Positions 1 to 9,439 of a DNA stretch of 64,000 bases are shown in pieces. The stretch covers positions 17,052 to 81,051 of the forward strand of contig JBHIET010000002.1 in the NCBI GenBank assembly GCA_046760785.1. Direction: 5' to 3'. Made by a program: the position numbers and the translations under genes. Position 1 is the stretch's first letter. Each line of letters begins with the position of its first letter. The notes under the pieces are model-generated. The model saw nothing but the letters and a program-made list of their open reading frames with translations, was not told where the DNA came from and ran no database searches. This DNA comes from Anaerolineae bacterium. GTDB lineage: Bacteria; Chloroflexota; Anaerolineae; B4-G1.

Positions 1-3000
1 TCATCAGCCGCTGCCATATCTACGGCAACGGCGATGGTGTCCGCGTCGTGGATGGCGGCCTGACGCTGGAGCGCACGTGGGTCTACTCCAACACCGGCGA
101 CGGCGTGCAGGTGGAGGGCGGCGCTTATGCGCTGGATAACAACGTCATCGCTCACAACGCGGGGGCCGGCCTGCAGACGGCCAGTAGCAGCGGCGCTCTG
201 CGCCACAACACCTTCGCCCGCAACGGTGTTGCCGGCGCGGTCATCAGCAGCACGGCCCGCTTCACCAACACGATTTTCTACAGCCACACCACGGCCATCA
301 GCGTAGCAGCGGGCAGCACGGCTTACCTCTCGCACACGCTGTGGTACAGCTACACCAACCTCAGCGCCGGCCCGGGCACCCTCATCAGCAGCACCGGCGT
401 CTACAGCGCCCCGGCGTTCTATGATCCAGACGCGCTGGACTATCACATCCGGGTCGGTTCGGGCGCGATCAACGCCGGATTAGATACCGGGTTGAATGAG
501 GACATTGACGGGGACCCCCGGCCTCTCCTGGGCTTTGCCGACCTCGGCGCCGACGAGTTTGCGCTGGCGATCAGCAAGTGGGTGACCCCCAGCGCTGCCC
601 CCGGCGAGGTCATCACCTACGTCATCACACTGGAGGGGGAGGAGAGCGGCCTGGTGCTCACCGACACGCTTCACAGCCACCTGAGTTACACCGGCACGGT
701 GGCCTGTACGGTGGGGAGCTGCGGCTACCTGGCCGCGACCCGGGCCATCACCTGGACGGGCAGCATCTCGACCGCGCAACCGGCCTATATCACCTACACG
801 GCGCAGATCACCACCTGGCTGGCGGCCGGCGAGGAGGTGGTCAACGACGCCTGGGTGCAGACTGGTGGCGAGGTGCTCCACGTCCCCGAGGTGAGGACGA
901 CCATCCTGCCCATCACCGGCACCCGCTACGTGGCCCCGGCCGGCGAGGACGCGCAGAACAACTGCCGCATGGATTGGAAGCCGTGTGCCACGGTGCAGCA
1001 GGCGGTGGATCAGGCACTGGCGGGCGATACGGTGAAGGTGGCGCAGGGCACGTACACCGGCAGCGGCGCTAACGTGGTCTCCATCACCGAGTCCCTCACC
1101 TTGCAGGGCGGCTACACCACGACCAACTGGCTGGAGAGTGATCCCGTGGCTCGTCCCACCATTCTGGATGGAGAGGGCAGCCGGCGGGTCGTGCACATCA
1201 CCGGCCCGGTGACGGTGACGCTGGACGGGTTCCGTTTGATCAACGGCTTTGTCAACAACGGCGACGGCTCCGGTCTTTACGTTTACACGGCCACGGTCAC
1301 GCTGGCCAACGGCCGGGTGTACGGCAACCGCACGGACGGAGTTGGCAACGATGGCGGCGGTATCTACCAGGAGGGCGGCTCCCTCACCATCACCGCCACC
1401 CAGGTCTACAGCAATACCTCGGACGATGGCGATGGCGGTGGCCTCTACTATCGGGACGGCGAGTTCGCCTTGGTCGGTAGCCGGGTGTACAGCAACACCG
1501 CCGGCAGCGGCGGTGGTGGTCTCTACCTGCGCAGCGCCGACGTGACCCTCAGCGGCAACTACATCTACACCAACACGGCCACCGGTCTGGGTGGTGGGCT
1601 GTACGTCACCGGTCCTACCGCCCTCGACCTGACCAACAACGTCATCGCTGCCAACCAGGCGGGTTCGGGCGGTGGCGGCCTGTACTGCGATGGCGGCGGC
1701 AGCGGCTACCTGCGCCACACCACCATCGCCGAGAACGGTGTAGAAGGGTTGCGGGTCGGCGATTTCACCCTGGCGCTCACCAACACCATCTTGGTCAGTC
1801 ACACGGTGGGCATCACGACCTCGGCTGCCGGAGCAAGCGTCACCGCCAACTACACCCTGTGGGATGGCACCGGGGTCTATACCGACACCGCCGGCGGCGG
1901 CGCCATCACTACCGCCAATGACTTGACCGGCGCTCCGAAGTTCCTCGCTCCGGAGGCGCTGGATTACCACATCCGGGGCGACTCGGCGGCGTTGGACGCC
2001 GGCACCTGGGATGGCGTCGCCGAGGACATTGACGGCGACACCCGAACCGCCGCCCTGGTGGACGTCGGTGCCGACCAGTACCCGCTGCGGCTGGCCCGCT
2101 GGGTCAGCACCTCCTCCGCCGCCCCCTGTGAGGTGGTCACTCACACGCTGCGCCTTTCTAACCTGCGGGCCACTCCGTTGGCCGGCGTCGTGCTGGGCGA
2201 TCTGCTGGACGATGACGTGAGTTGGGCCGGCTTTGTCACGACCACTACAGGCAGCGCCGTCTACTCCTCCTCCCTACACACCGTCGGGTGGCTGGGCACC
2301 GTGCCCGCAGAGGGAGGGGAAGCGGTCTATATCACCTACACCGCCCGCATCACCCCCTACCTGACGAGCGGCACGCTGCTGACTCACGTGGCCGGTATCA
2401 GCGACCCCATCTCCATCTTTGGCACCCAGCCGATTACCGTGAGCGTGGCCACGTTGGAAGCCACGCTGGGCAAGAGCGCAGTGCTGACGGCTTCCCTCGG
2501 CCAGGTGGTGACCTACACAGTGGCCTTTACCGTCCCGGCAGGGCACGTGGCCCACGAGCCGACGGTGGTGGACGCGCTGCCGCGCCTGGTCACGGGAGGC
2601 GGTATCTCGACCACGCCGGCGCTGACCTACGTGGTGGGGAGTGGCAGCCCACCTCCAACTGCTCTCTCTGCCGACGGCACACTCACCTGGACGCTCTCGA
2701 CCGTCACCGCTACCTGTGACGCGGCCGAGGTGGTGACCGTCACCTTCGCCGCGCGGGTGCGCGGTCTGGCCGACAACGGCGACGGCGATTTGCTGACCAA
2801 CACAGTGACGCTCTCCTACACCGAGAGCTCGCCTACCGGCCCGGCCCACGTCCTGGTCAGGTCACACACGGCGACCCTCGTCGAGCCACAACCGGCCATC
2901 GTCAAGACGCTGCCTTTCACCACGAACCTCGGCTCCGGCGACTTGGTGACCGTTACCATCGTTGTCTCCAATACCGGCACGGGGGTTCTGTACGACCTAG

Positions 3001-4385
3001 TGGTGACTGACACACTGCCGGCTGCATTGGACTTTCGGAGCGCCACGCCCACCTACGTCCGCAACGGCGCGGCGATCACCTGGACGTTGGGCAGCCTGGG
3101 GGTGGATCAGCAACGGCTGTACACGATCACAGCCCGGGTCACGGAGACCGTAGGAGCCGGTGTACCGCTGACCAACACGGCCAGGGTGGAGGGCACTTCG
3201 CAACCCGGTGTGGTGGACGAGGAGCGGGCGTACTCAGACGGCGCTCTGGCCACGGCTACCACCGGCTATCCCGATCTACTCGTCAGCAAGAGCGGGCCGC
3301 CGGTGCGCTCCCCGCTTCAGACCATCGCTTACACTGTTGCCTACACCAACGTTGGCGTGGTACGGGCCGAGGGGGTGTGGATCACGGACACGCTGCCCAT
3401 CTCGCTGACTGGTGTGGTCTCTGCCACGTCGGCCGGGGCAGCGGTAGAGCACGTGGGGCAGGTCGTCACCTGGACGCTGACCGCCCCGGTGAGCCGGGGG
3501 GTGAGTGGCCGCATTTGGATCACAGCCACCGTCTCGCCGACGGTTCGTGAAGGGGATGTGCTGACCAACGTGGTATCCGTCGAGGTCGTCACGACGACGG
3601 AGCAGGTGTTGGGGAACAACAGCGGACTGGTTACGACTACCATCCAGATGCCGTCGCTGGTCATCACCAAGACGGCGCATCCCTCGCCGGTGAGACCAGG
3701 AAGCCTGCTGACCTACACCCTCACCATCTCCAATACCGGGTTGGGCGACGCGACCGGCCTGGTCGTCAGCGACACGGTGCCGCCGAACACCGCCTATCGG
3801 TGGTGCAGCGGCGGTGATACGTGCGCCCACAATGGCGATGTGGTCACCTGGACGTTGGCTTCTCTGGAGGCCGCTCAGCAGGCCCAGGTCTCCTTGACCG
3901 TGTTGGTGGATGATGATACCATCTCCGGCACGACCGTCCTGAACCAGGCGTATAGTGTTACCTGTGCTCAGGGGGTGATGGCTACCGGCGCGCCGTTGAG
4001 CACCACGGTGGCTCTGGTGAGGGGGGTGAGCCTGGAGCCTGCGACTCTTGGGGCTTCCGTCTCGCCTGGCGAAAGCGCCGTCTACACGCACACGCTGACC
4101 AATCTGGGCAACGCTGTGGCGACGTTCGATTTGGCAGTGAGCAGCCCGCCGCCGGGCTGGACTTTTAGTCTCGATCCGCCTGGGGCTATCGTGGACCTGG
4201 CTCCAGATAGCACGGCGTTCGTTGCGCTGACGGTGCAGGCTCCCTCCGGCGGTACCGGCCAGGCAGTGGCACTCATTACGGCCACCTGGCATGGCGCGCC
4301 GAGCGTATTTGCCACGGCGCAGGATACGACGACCATTGGCTATGCTTACATCTACCTGCCGCTGGCGCTGCGAAACTATCGCTGA
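1..4385 (+). CDS. Large secreted/cell-surface repeat protein with parallel beta-helix repeats and multiple DUF11-like repeats (5' partial). The reading frame is open to position 1, so the gene starts upstream of the window.
   Basis: Frame open upstream of the GTG at 48 and still encoding beta-helix-like repeats (CHIYGNGDGVRVVDGG). Two blocks of NosD/pectate-lyase-like PbH1 repeats (NNVIAHNAGAGLQ..., GDGSGLYVYTATVTLANG...). DIDGD motifs. Repeated TYTxxVSNTG.../LPxxL DUF11-like modules. C-terminal tail YIYLPLALRNYR. Confidence 0.75.
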   Translation, partial: ISRCHIYGNGDGVRVVDGGLTLERTWVYSNTGDGVQVEGGAYALDNNVIAHNAGAGLQTASSSGALRHNTFARNGVAGAVISSTARFTNTIFYSHTTAISVAAGSTAYLSHTLWYSYTNLSAGPGTLISSTGVYSAPAFYDPDALDYHIRVGSGAINAGLDTGLNEDIDGDPRPLLGFADLGADEFALAISKWVTPSAAPGEVITYVITLEGEESGLVLTDTLHSHLSYTGTVACTVGSCGYLAATRAITWTGSISTAQPAYITYTAQITTWLAAGEEVVNDAWVQTGGEVLHVPEVRTTILPITGTRYVAPAGEDAQNNCRMDWKPCATVQQAVDQALAGDTVKVAQGTYTGSGANVVSITESLTLQGGYTTTNWLESDPVARPTILDGEGSRRVVHITGPVTVTLDGFRLINGFVNNGDGSGLYVYTATVTLANGRVYGNRTDGVGNDGGGIYQEGGSLTITATQVYSNTSDDGDGGGLYYRDGEFALVGSRVYSNTAGSGGGGLYLRSADVTLSGNYIYTNTATGLGGGLYVTGPTALDLTNNVIAANQAGSGGGGLYCDGGGSGYLRHTTIAENGVEGLRVGDFTLALTNTILVSHTVGITTSAAGASVTANYTLWDGTGVYTDTAGGGAITTANDLTGAPKFLAPEALDYHIRGDSAALDAGTWDGVAEDIDGDTRTAALVDVGADQYPLRLARWVSTSSAAPCEVVTHTLRLSNLRATPLAGVVLGDLLDDDVSWAGFVTTTTGSAVYSSSLHTVGWLGTVPAEGGEAVYITYTARITPYLTSGTLLTHVAGISDPISIFGTQPITVSVATLEATLGKSAVLTASLGQVVTYTVAFTVPAGHVAHEPTVVDALPRLVTGGGISTTPALTYVVGSGSPPPTALSADGTLTWTLSTVTATCDAAEVVTVTFAARVRGLADNGDGDLLTNTVTLSYTESSPTGPAHVLVRSHTATLVEPQPAIVKTLPFTTNLGSGDLVTVTIVVSNTGTGVLYDLVVTDTLPAALDFRSATPTYVRNGAAITWTLGSLGVDQQRLYTITARVTETVGAGVPLTNTARVEGTSQPGVVDEERAYSDGALATATTGYPDLLVSKSGPPVRSPLQTIAYTVAYTNVGVVRAEGVWITDTLPISLTGVVSATSAGAAVEHVGQVVTWTLTAPVSRGVSGRIWITATVSPTVREGDVLTNVVSVEVVTTTEQVLGNNSGLVTTTIQMPSLVITKTAHPSPVRPGSLLTYTLTISNTGLGDATGLVVSDTVPPNTAYRWCSGGDTCAHNGDVVTWTLASLEAAQQAQVSLTVLVDDDTISGTTVLNQAYSVTCAQGVMATGAPLSTTVALVRGVSLEPATLGASVSPGESAVYTHTLTNLGNAVATFDLAVSSPPPGWTFSLDPPGAIVDLAPDSTAFVALTVQAPSGGTGQAVALITATWHGAPSVFATAQDTTTIGYAYIYLPLALRNYR

Positions 4386-4448
4386 CGGTAGGGGTTGGTT
4401 GGGTGCCCGGCACTTGTGCGCCGGCGAGCACAAGTGTCGGGCGTTTGA

Positions 4449-5957
4449 TTGTCAGGTGAGGGGACTCGTTGGCAAGACCACAATCGCTATGTGAGCACTT
4501 TGGGGCGTGAGTACATCGTGAGGCACCGTTTGCTTTCCCGGTGGGGTGTTGTGGCCATCACGCTGCTTGCGGCGGTCCTGCGACTGACTCACCTGGGCAG
4601 CAAAAGCTTTTGGTTCGACGAGTGCTTCACCTATACGGTAACTCTGGCATCTCTCAAGGACAGCCTTTCTGCCCTGCTGGTGGCCGGTATTTACTCTCCC
4701 CTCTATTTCTTGCTGTTGCGCCCGGTAACGGCGCTGGCGGGCACCAGTGAGTATGCCTTTCGATTCCTCTCTGCTGCCTTTGGCCTGCTCGCCGTGCCGG
4801 TCATCTATCGCCTGGGTCTTTGCTTGACGGGGAGGGCCACGGGTGTGGTGGCCGCTCTTTTGCTGGCCCTCTGTCCGTTTCACATCTGGTACTCGCAGGA
4901 TGCGCGGACGTACGCACCGATGCTTTTCTTTGGCTTGCTGGCGATGGAGCGTTTTATCCTGCTGCTGCGCGGCCGGCGCAAGTGGGGCTCCTTTGCTCTG
5001 TGTAGCGCCCTGGCCTACCCGATGCATTATATTGCTTTTTCTCTGTTGTACGTTCAGTTGGTATATCTGGTGCCCCGTCTGCGCCAGACCAGGTTGGTAC
5101 GCCGTTGGTTCCTGGCACAGGTAGTGGCGGGAATGCCGCTGCTCCCTTGGTTGGTGCTCTACCTGGTGCGTGGGGTCCGGCCCGCCGGTTTGAGCTGGAT
5201 TCCCCGGCCCGGCCCTCTGGCTCCGCTCTATACTTTGTGGAACATGACTACGGGGGACGCGGAGACGTTCACGCTGCCGGTGGTGGTGCTGGCGCTGGGT
5301 GTGGGGGTGGTTTTCTGGCGTGGCCTGTTGTCCTGGGATCGGGCGCGCAGGTTGCTCGCTTGGTGGTTGGCGCTGCCAGTGGGGTTTCTGTTCCTCCTTT
5401 CGCTGCGGCGTCCCTTTTATGTGGACCGGTATCTCATGGCCAGCCTGCCGGCCTATTTGTTGCTTCTGGCACTGGGGATCGTGACCTGGCGTAAGGTGAC
5501 GTACCGGCTGTTGGCGGGGGCGGTCGTGGTGCTGGCATTGGGGTGGGGGACGTGCCGGTTGTACACTGACCCGTATTTTGCAAAGGAGGATTGGCGAGGC
5601 GCGGCTCTCGCCGTCGAGTCGGAGCTGGAGCGAGGGGACATCGTGGTGCTGGAGGATCCGGAGGCGTTGCTGGGGACGTCGGTTTACCGCACGCGGGAGT
5701 GGCCATACGTGGTTCTGGAGTCGGGGCGAGAGCGCGAGATGCTGGAGCAGGCGATGGCCCGGCACAGCCGGGCCTGGCTGGTGTGGCGCAGTCCCTACGA
5801 GTCCAACCATCGTCTGTCCAAGTCCGCCCCCTTTGACCTGTTTGCCGTGGCGCCCCCGTCAGTCCGGGCCTGGCTGGAAGCCCATCGGGATCGAGTGGGG
5901 CTCGACCTGCGGTTGCCGGGCCTGAGCGTGGTGCGGGTGGATGGAGGGGAACGATGA
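4449..5957 (+). CDS. Polytopic membrane glycosyltransferase, GT-C fold, ArnT/PMT-like (GT39/GT83-type). Start uncertain: TTG at 4449 or GTG at 4518.
   Basis: N-terminal TM followed by the LTHLGSKSFWFDE motif, the W-x-DE signature of ArnT/PMT-family lipid-linked sugar transferases. Many TM segments. Soluble C-terminal domain. Confidence 0.65.
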   Translation: MSGEGTRWQDHNRYVSTLGREYIVRHRLLSRWGVVAITLLAAVLRLTHLGSKSFWFDECFTYTVTLASLKDSLSALLVAGIYSPLYFLLLRPVTALAGTSEYAFRFLSAAFGLLAVPVIYRLGLCLTGRATGVVAALLLALCPFHIWYSQDARTYAPMLFFGLLAMERFILLLRGRRKWGSFALCSALAYPMHYIAFSLLYVQLVYLVPRLRQTRLVRRWFLAQVVAGMPLLPWLVLYLVRGVRPAGLSWIPRPGPLAPLYTLWNMTTGDAETFTLPVVVLALGVGVVFWRGLLSWDRARRLLAWWLALPVGFLFLLSLRRPFYVDRYLMASLPAYLLLLALGIVTWRKVTYRLLAGAVVVLALGWGTCRLYTDPYFAKEDWRGAALAVESELERGDIVVLEDPEALLGTSVYRTREWPYVVLESGREREMLEQAMARHSRAWLVWRSPYESNHRLSKSAPFDLFAVAPPSVRAWLEAHRDRVGLDLRLPGLSVVRVDGGER

Positions 5958-7093
5958 AAGGGCTGCGACCGATTCTCCTGCTTTTTCTGGCCTTTCGTCT
6001 GAGCCTGCTGGCCTTCTGGCCGGCCGATCAACTGGCCCGCTGGTCAGATTACGACTATTACTACGAGATCGCCGGTTGGGTGGAGCAGGGCCGGCTACCC
6101 TATCTCCACTACTGGGTCGAGTACCCGCCGCTGTTTCCTTACCTTTCGGTCCTGCTGTATCTGCTCGCGCCGCACTATGCGGCCTACGTGACCGGGCTGG
6201 CATTGGTGCAACTGGGTTTTGAGGCTGGCTCTTTGGTGCTGCTCTACCGGTTGGCCCGGCGGGTGGTGGGGGAGGAGCGGGCCGGCCGGGTGGCGTGGAC
6301 GTACGCACTGCTGTTCGCGCCGCTGGCGACCTGGTGGCTGAGTTTCGATGCCATCTCTATCTTCTTCCTGCTGCTGGCGGTCGAGCGGTGGCTGGCGGGC
6401 CGCCGGGTGCAGTCGGCGCTGGCGGTGGGTGCAGGCGGGCTGGTGAAGTGGTTGCCGTTGCTCTTCCTCCCTGTGGTTACCCGTTTCCGCCGGAGCTGGC
6501 GGGAGGCGGCAGGCTACGCGGCGGTAGCGCTGACCGTCGTCGGCTTGGTGCTGGGTTTGCTGGCCCTCCTCAGCCCGACGTACACCCTCGCCTCGCTCCG
6601 CTCGCTGGGGAGTCGTGCTTCCTGGCAGACGGTGTGGGCTTTGCTGGACGGGAACCTGGGGACAGGGGCCTACCAGGCCAGCCGCCTCGACCCCGCTGCT
6701 GCGACCCTCTCGCAGGGCAACCCGGCCCGCGTGCCGACGTGGCTTACCTTGCTCCTCTTCGGGGCGCTGTACCTGTGGCTGTGGTGGCGGACGCCTGGCA
6801 GGAAGGAACCCCGGTGCGTGCTCCGCTTCACTGCGCTGACCGTGCTGGTTTTCTTCCTCTGGTCACGGGGCTGGAGCCCCCAGTGGCTGGGGACGTTGGT
6901 GCCGCTGGTGTTGCTATCGCTTCCTCTGGAGCGGGCCACATTGTACCTGGTGGTGCTGACGTTCGTCAACATCGCCGAGTGGCCGGTGTTGCTTGGGCGG
7001 GGGATGAACGGGTGGCTGTGGGTGACGATCCCATTGCGCACTGGCCTTTTCCTCCTGCTGGCTGTAGAATTGTGGCAAAAGCTGCGAGAGTGA
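5954..7093 (+). CDS. Polytopic membrane protein, DUF2029/GT87-like putative glycosyltransferase
   Basis: ATG overlaps the upstream stop (ATGA). Motif DYDYYYEIAGW...LPY...WVEYPPLFPY resembles the D/Y..YPP signature of GT87/DUF2029 mannosyltransferase-like proteins. About 10 TM helices. Confidence 0.5.
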   Translation: MKGLRPILLLFLAFRLSLLAFWPADQLARWSDYDYYYEIAGWVEQGRLPYLHYWVEYPPLFPYLSVLLYLLAPHYAAYVTGLALVQLGFEAGSLVLLYRLARRVVGEERAGRVAWTYALLFAPLATWWLSFDAISIFFLLLAVERWLAGRRVQSALAVGAGGLVKWLPLLFLPVVTRFRRSWREAAGYAAVALTVVGLVLGLLALLSPTYTLASLRSLGSRASWQTVWALLDGNLGTGAYQASRLDPAAATLSQGNPARVPTWLTLLLFGALYLWLWWRTPGRKEPRCVLRFTALTVLVFFLWSRGWSPQWLGTLVPLVLLSLPLERATLYLVVLTFVNIAEWPVLLGRGMNGWLWVTIPLRTGLFLLLAVELWQKLRE

Positions 7094-7097
7094 GCCG

Positions 7098-8225
7098 TTG
7101 GTGAGCCATCCGATGAAAAAGGCAAAGCGTGCCGCTGTTTATACCGTGAAGCTTATGGCGTTGCCTGTGTTCCTGCTGGGTGGGATCGAGCTGGCGCTGC
7201 GGCTTTTCCTGGGGATGCCGGAGGGGCAGTTCTGCGCTTTGTTTCCGGGGCCTAACGGCCTCTACCCGCCCAACCGCCGCATGGTGGTGGACTTTGGCGT
7301 GGTGCCCTACGTCGTCGAGACCAACTCACTGGGCTTTCGCGGGCCGGAGATCAGTGTGCAAAAGCCGCCGGGCGTGTTTCGTATCGCCGCGTTGGGCGAC
7401 TCGATGACGGATGGCTTCTTTGTGGACAACGACGCCACCTTCCCTTATCTGCTCCAGCAGAACCTGGAGGCAGGGGGTTGGACCGTCGAGGTGGTCAACG
7501 CGGCCCACGGTGGCGGCACGATCGACACCCAGTACGCGATGCTCGAAGCGCACGTGCTACCGCTCGACCCGGACCTGGTGATTCTCACCTGGACGCCCAA
7601 CGACATCGGCGACCTGATGACCGGAACGCCCACTCAAATGCCGGGGCAGGGTTTCACCTCGGGACCTCGGGCGGCGCTAGGGTGGCTGGCCTGCCACTCG
7701 GCCATCAGCGAGGGGCTGCTGGATGTGTACTTTCGTAGCCTTTCGGACAAGTACCGCTGGTTGACCCGCCAGAGCGGCGAGATCATCCTCGACGATCGGC
7801 GTTACCAGGTCCCCGGCAGCACCGACTTTGCCCGGAACGCGCAGTACACGCTGGCCGGTGACGCGGAGGCGGACGGGCAGATTCTCGTCGAGCCGTTCAC
7901 CCCGGCCACAGAAGCGGCGATTCAGACCTATCTGGAGTGGTTGGGCCGTATGGAGCGGGTGCTGCGCGAGCGCGGGATTCGGTTCGTGTTCGTCTACCTC
8001 CCGGCCTACTCGCAGGTGTACCTGCCGGGCAGCTCGATGCGCATACGAGATATCCTGCGCGACGAGTGCGCGCGACTGGAGGTGCCCTTTCTCGATCTGA
8101 CGCCCGTGTTCCAGGAGAGAGGCCAGGAGCGGGCATTGGATATGGCTCCCCTGGATTACCACCTCAGTCCCTATGGCAATCAGGTTGTGGCCGATGCACT
8201 GGCCGATTTCCTGTCGGCAAAGTGA
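7098..8225 (+). CDS. SGNH/GDSL-family hydrolase with N-terminal membrane anchor (possible ATG start at 7113)
   Basis: Block I motif IAALGDSMTDG (GDS-x). N-terminal hydrophobic segment. Embedded in the glycosyltransferase array, so possible O-acyl modification. Confidence 0.7.
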   Translation: MVSHPMKKAKRAAVYTVKLMALPVFLLGGIELALRLFLGMPEGQFCALFPGPNGLYPPNRRMVVDFGVVPYVVETNSLGFRGPEISVQKPPGVFRIAALGDSMTDGFFVDNDATFPYLLQQNLEAGGWTVEVVNAAHGGGTIDTQYAMLEAHVLPLDPDLVILTWTPNDIGDLMTGTPTQMPGQGFTSGPRAALGWLACHSAISEGLLDVYFRSLSDKYRWLTRQSGEIILDDRRYQVPGSTDFARNAQYTLAGDAEADGQILVEPFTPATEAAIQTYLEWLGRMERVLRERGIRFVFVYLPAYSQVYLPGSSMRIRDILRDECARLEVPFLDLTPVFQERGQERALDMAPLDYHLSPYGNQVVADALADFLSAK

Positions 8226-9439
8226 TTCGGGCGGGTGAGATTTTCTGGAAAAGAGCGGTGTCCCGACGAGTGTCCTTGCTGATTCTGCTTGCGTTGGCTC
8301 TGTTTGCGCTGAACGCCTGGCTGGTGTACGCGCTCTTTACCTCGCGTGCCTCCATCGCCGTGTGGGATTTTCACCCCCGTTGGGTGGGGTTACGCGCGAT
8401 GTTGCGCGATGGGGCGGACCCGTACAGTGAGGAGGTGACGCTGGCGATCCAACGGCAGATGCTGGGCCGGCCCGCCCGCCCGGACGAGGATCAGGAGGCT
8501 TTTGCCTATCCGCTGCACGTGATGGTGCTCATCGGCCCACTGACCCTCTTGCCGTTGCCGGTGGCGCAGGCTTTGTGGTTTTCGCTGCTTGAGACCGGCC
8601 TGCTGCTCTTTATCTTTTTCGCGCCCCGTGCCGTCGGTTGGCGCCCTACTCCCCGGCTGCTGGCGTTGACTGCGCTCTTCACTCTGGGGCTGTATTCCAC
8701 CGTGTGGGCGCTGATTCTGGGGCAGACCTCTATCGTGGTGGCCGCCCTCATCGCGCTGGCGTGGTGGGGGCTGCGGGTCGGACGATGGGGGCTGGCCGGG
8801 GCCTGCCTGGCACTGGCGACGATCAAGCCCCAGATGACCTTTTTGCTGGTGCCGGGCCTGCTGGCCTGGGCGGTCTACCGGCGGCAACTGCGGCTGCTGG
8901 TCGTCTTCTCTGTGATCTTGGGCGGATTGGTCCTGCTGCCTGTCCCCTGGTTGCCGACCTGGCCGCTGGCGTGGTTGGCGGCGGCCGGTCGCTACGCCAG
9001 CTATACCGCTTTCGATCCACCTCTGGTGCTGCTGACGTGCTCCACCTGGTTAGCGGGCCTGGTCGCTGCCCTGCTGCTGGGCTGGACCGTGTACCGCTGG
9101 TGGCGTGCGGAGCGACGGAGAGATGCTTTTAATTGGGGACTGAGCATGCTCCTCGTCGTCAGCGGGTTGATCGCTCCACGCACCAGTCACGTCAATCAAC
9201 TGGTGTTGTTGTTGCCTCTCTTTTTCCTCTTCAAGCGGCTGTCAAAGGGGGGGATTGTCGCCGTCGTGGAAGCCGGGCTGCTGGCCGGGCCGTGGCTGCT
9301 GGACTGGGGGCTGGCTCCTCTCTTGGGTAGCTTGCAACACAGAGTGTGGCAGAACCAGTTCATCAGCCCCATCTTGCCGGTTGGATTGGCCCTGGCGTTG
9401 GTGTGCTTCAGTCCGTGGTCAGCGCGGGGAATGGATTAA
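8222..9439 (+). CDS. Polytopic membrane protein, DUF2029/GT87-like putative glycosyltransferase
   Basis: GTG start overlapping the upstream stop (GTGA). DF..W..LRAML.DGADPYS...FAYPLH pattern similar to the 5954 paralog. About 10 TM segments. Confidence 0.5.
   Translation: MIRAGEIFWKRAVSRRVSLLILLALALFALNAWLVYALFTSRASIAVWDFHPRWVGLRAMLRDGADPYSEEVTLAIQRQMLGRPARPDEDQEAFAYPLHVMVLIGPLTLLPLPVAQALWFSLLETGLLLFIFFAPRAVGWRPTPRLLALTALFTLGLYSTVWALILGQTSIVVAALIALAWWGLRVGRWGLAGACLALATIKPQMTFLLVPGLLAWAVYRRQLRLLVVFSVILGGLVLLPVPWLPTWPLAWLAAAGRYASYTAFDPPLVLLTCSTWLAGLVAALLLGWTVYRWWRAERRRDAFNWGLSMLLVVSGLIAPRTSHVNQLVLLLPLFFLFKRLSKGGIVAVVEAGLLAGPWLLDWGLAPLLGSLQHRVWQNQFISPILPVGLALALVCFSPWSARGMD

Noticed and set aside
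480-2144. 554-aa minus-strand ORF (and similar long antisense ORFs at 3276-4433, 4452-5810, 9739-10896, 10019-10903, 12796-13647, 22473-23276, 36580-37890, 42527-43705, 43712-45115)
   Set aside because: All lie antisense to well-supported genes. They have Arg/Pro/Gly/Ala-rich low-complexity translations typical of GC-rich shadow frames, no RBS and no family signatures. Treated as non-coding.
7937-8221. Long N-terminal extension of the 8222 membrane protein
   Set aside because: It overlaps the SGNH hydrolase gene in another frame and is Arg/Pro-rich low complexity. The GTG at 8222 overlapping the upstream stop gives the expected TM-first architecture.
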